This document shows, piece by piece, positions 63,232 through 64,000 of a stretch of DNA of 64,000 bases. Every line of letters starts with the position of its first letter. Position 1 is the stretch's first letter. Below the pieces are notes generated by a model. It was not told where the DNA came from and did no database searches. It saw only the letters and a program-made list of their open reading frames with translations. This DNA is from Cystobasidiomycetes sp. EMM_F5 (taxonomy: Eukaryota), in the NCBI GenBank assembly GCA_051047955.1, contig JBPGPT010000002.1:868001-932000 (forward strand). Direction: 5' to 3'. Both the position numbers and the translations under genes were made by a program.

Positions 63232-64000
63232 TTACGAGACGAGTTGCACAATTTGAGCAGTGATGTCTTTGAGGAGAATCGAGCTCTGAGTCTTCTTGTA
63301 CCGCTCTACTAATCCAACTCCGCTTTCTGGTCCATCCACGACCTTGACAAACTGCGAGTCGACGGGAAGTCTGCCTAGAAACCGCAGCTTCTCTGCAGGT
63401 CTCCCCTCCTTTTCTGCCTTTTCAGTCTCTAGCCGACAAAAGTCTTCGCCGCCGCCTCGACCAAAGATGTTGTGAATGACAGAGCAGTGCGGGCATATGT
63501 ATCCCGACATGTTCTCGATGAGACCCAACACGGGCAACCCTGTCCGGCGCGTAAATGACAGTTCCTTGGACACATCGGAGAGAGACACTGCTTGCGGGGT
63601 AGTAACGAGGATTGAGTTGAGAGTTGTTGACGTGCTGGACTGGAGAGCGGGCATCAGATTCTCCAGAAGGGATATGTGTTCGTCCGAAGTGCCTATATTA
63701 TTTATGTCAGCTGTGAGTATGACGCAGCTTCAACTCGAGTAAGGGTAGATGATTACCCGGAGGAGTGTCGATAATGAGCCAGTCGAGCTCTCCCCAGCGT
63801 ACATCTGCCAGGAATTGGCGTATCATTGCCGACTTTTTTGGTCCACGCCACACGACAGCCTGTCTTGAATCACGAAGCAGGAATCCGATACTCATGACTT
63901 TGAATTCATCTCTGCTGTCGTCTCTTCCGTGCACTCCATTCTGCGCAGTCTCTTTGCCTTCTTTGCTGGCTTGTCCGTTCGTCTGGCTTGCATCTTTGTC
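63232..64000 (-). CDS. CFD1: Cytosolic Fe-S cluster assembly P-loop NTPase (Cfd1/Nbp35 family); 5' end lies outside the window
   Basis: [36 protein letters not shown] and [11 protein letters not shown]. Cfd1 versus Nbp35 cannot be settled without the N-terminus. Confidence 0.85.

Noticed and set aside
1..64000. Transposons, CRISPR arrays, rRNA, or prokaryotic operons and defence systems
   Set aside because: No transposase, RT or integrase motifs, no terminal repeats and no repeat-spacer arrays. Spliceosomal introns are present throughout.

Overview
Eukaryotic, intron-rich, gene-dense fungal DNA. It is probably a basidiomycete yeast (Pucciniomycotina-like), inferred from ~50-70 nt introns, loose donor sites and gene content. 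About 29 protein genes could be reconstructed by hand-splicing. Housekeeping genes: a Rad5/Uls1-type SNF2 ATPase, NOC3, an OPT transporter, eIF2B-beta, site-2 protease, RFC3, a Sir2 sirtuin, KEI1, THR1, DRS1, KAP123, a P5B ATPase, ARC18 and a CFD1/NBP35-family NTPase. I found no tRNA, rRNA, transposon or CRISPR array. Four observations stand out. (1) A tandem trio of unrecognised ~170-aa secreted proteins with a Thr-rich region and a conserved 6-Cys module (32.7-35.8 kb), with a promoter palindrome and a shared 3'UTR element. (2) A tandem pair of F-box/RNI-like proteins with a shared Trp-rich C-terminal module. (3) An inverted, frameshifted relic of the SNF2 gene, including an intron, upstream of NOC3. 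(4) Several long introns with a putative distant branch point followed by up to ~175 nt with no AG. All gene models are manual, exon boundaries are unverified, and family names come from recalled motifs rather than database searches.
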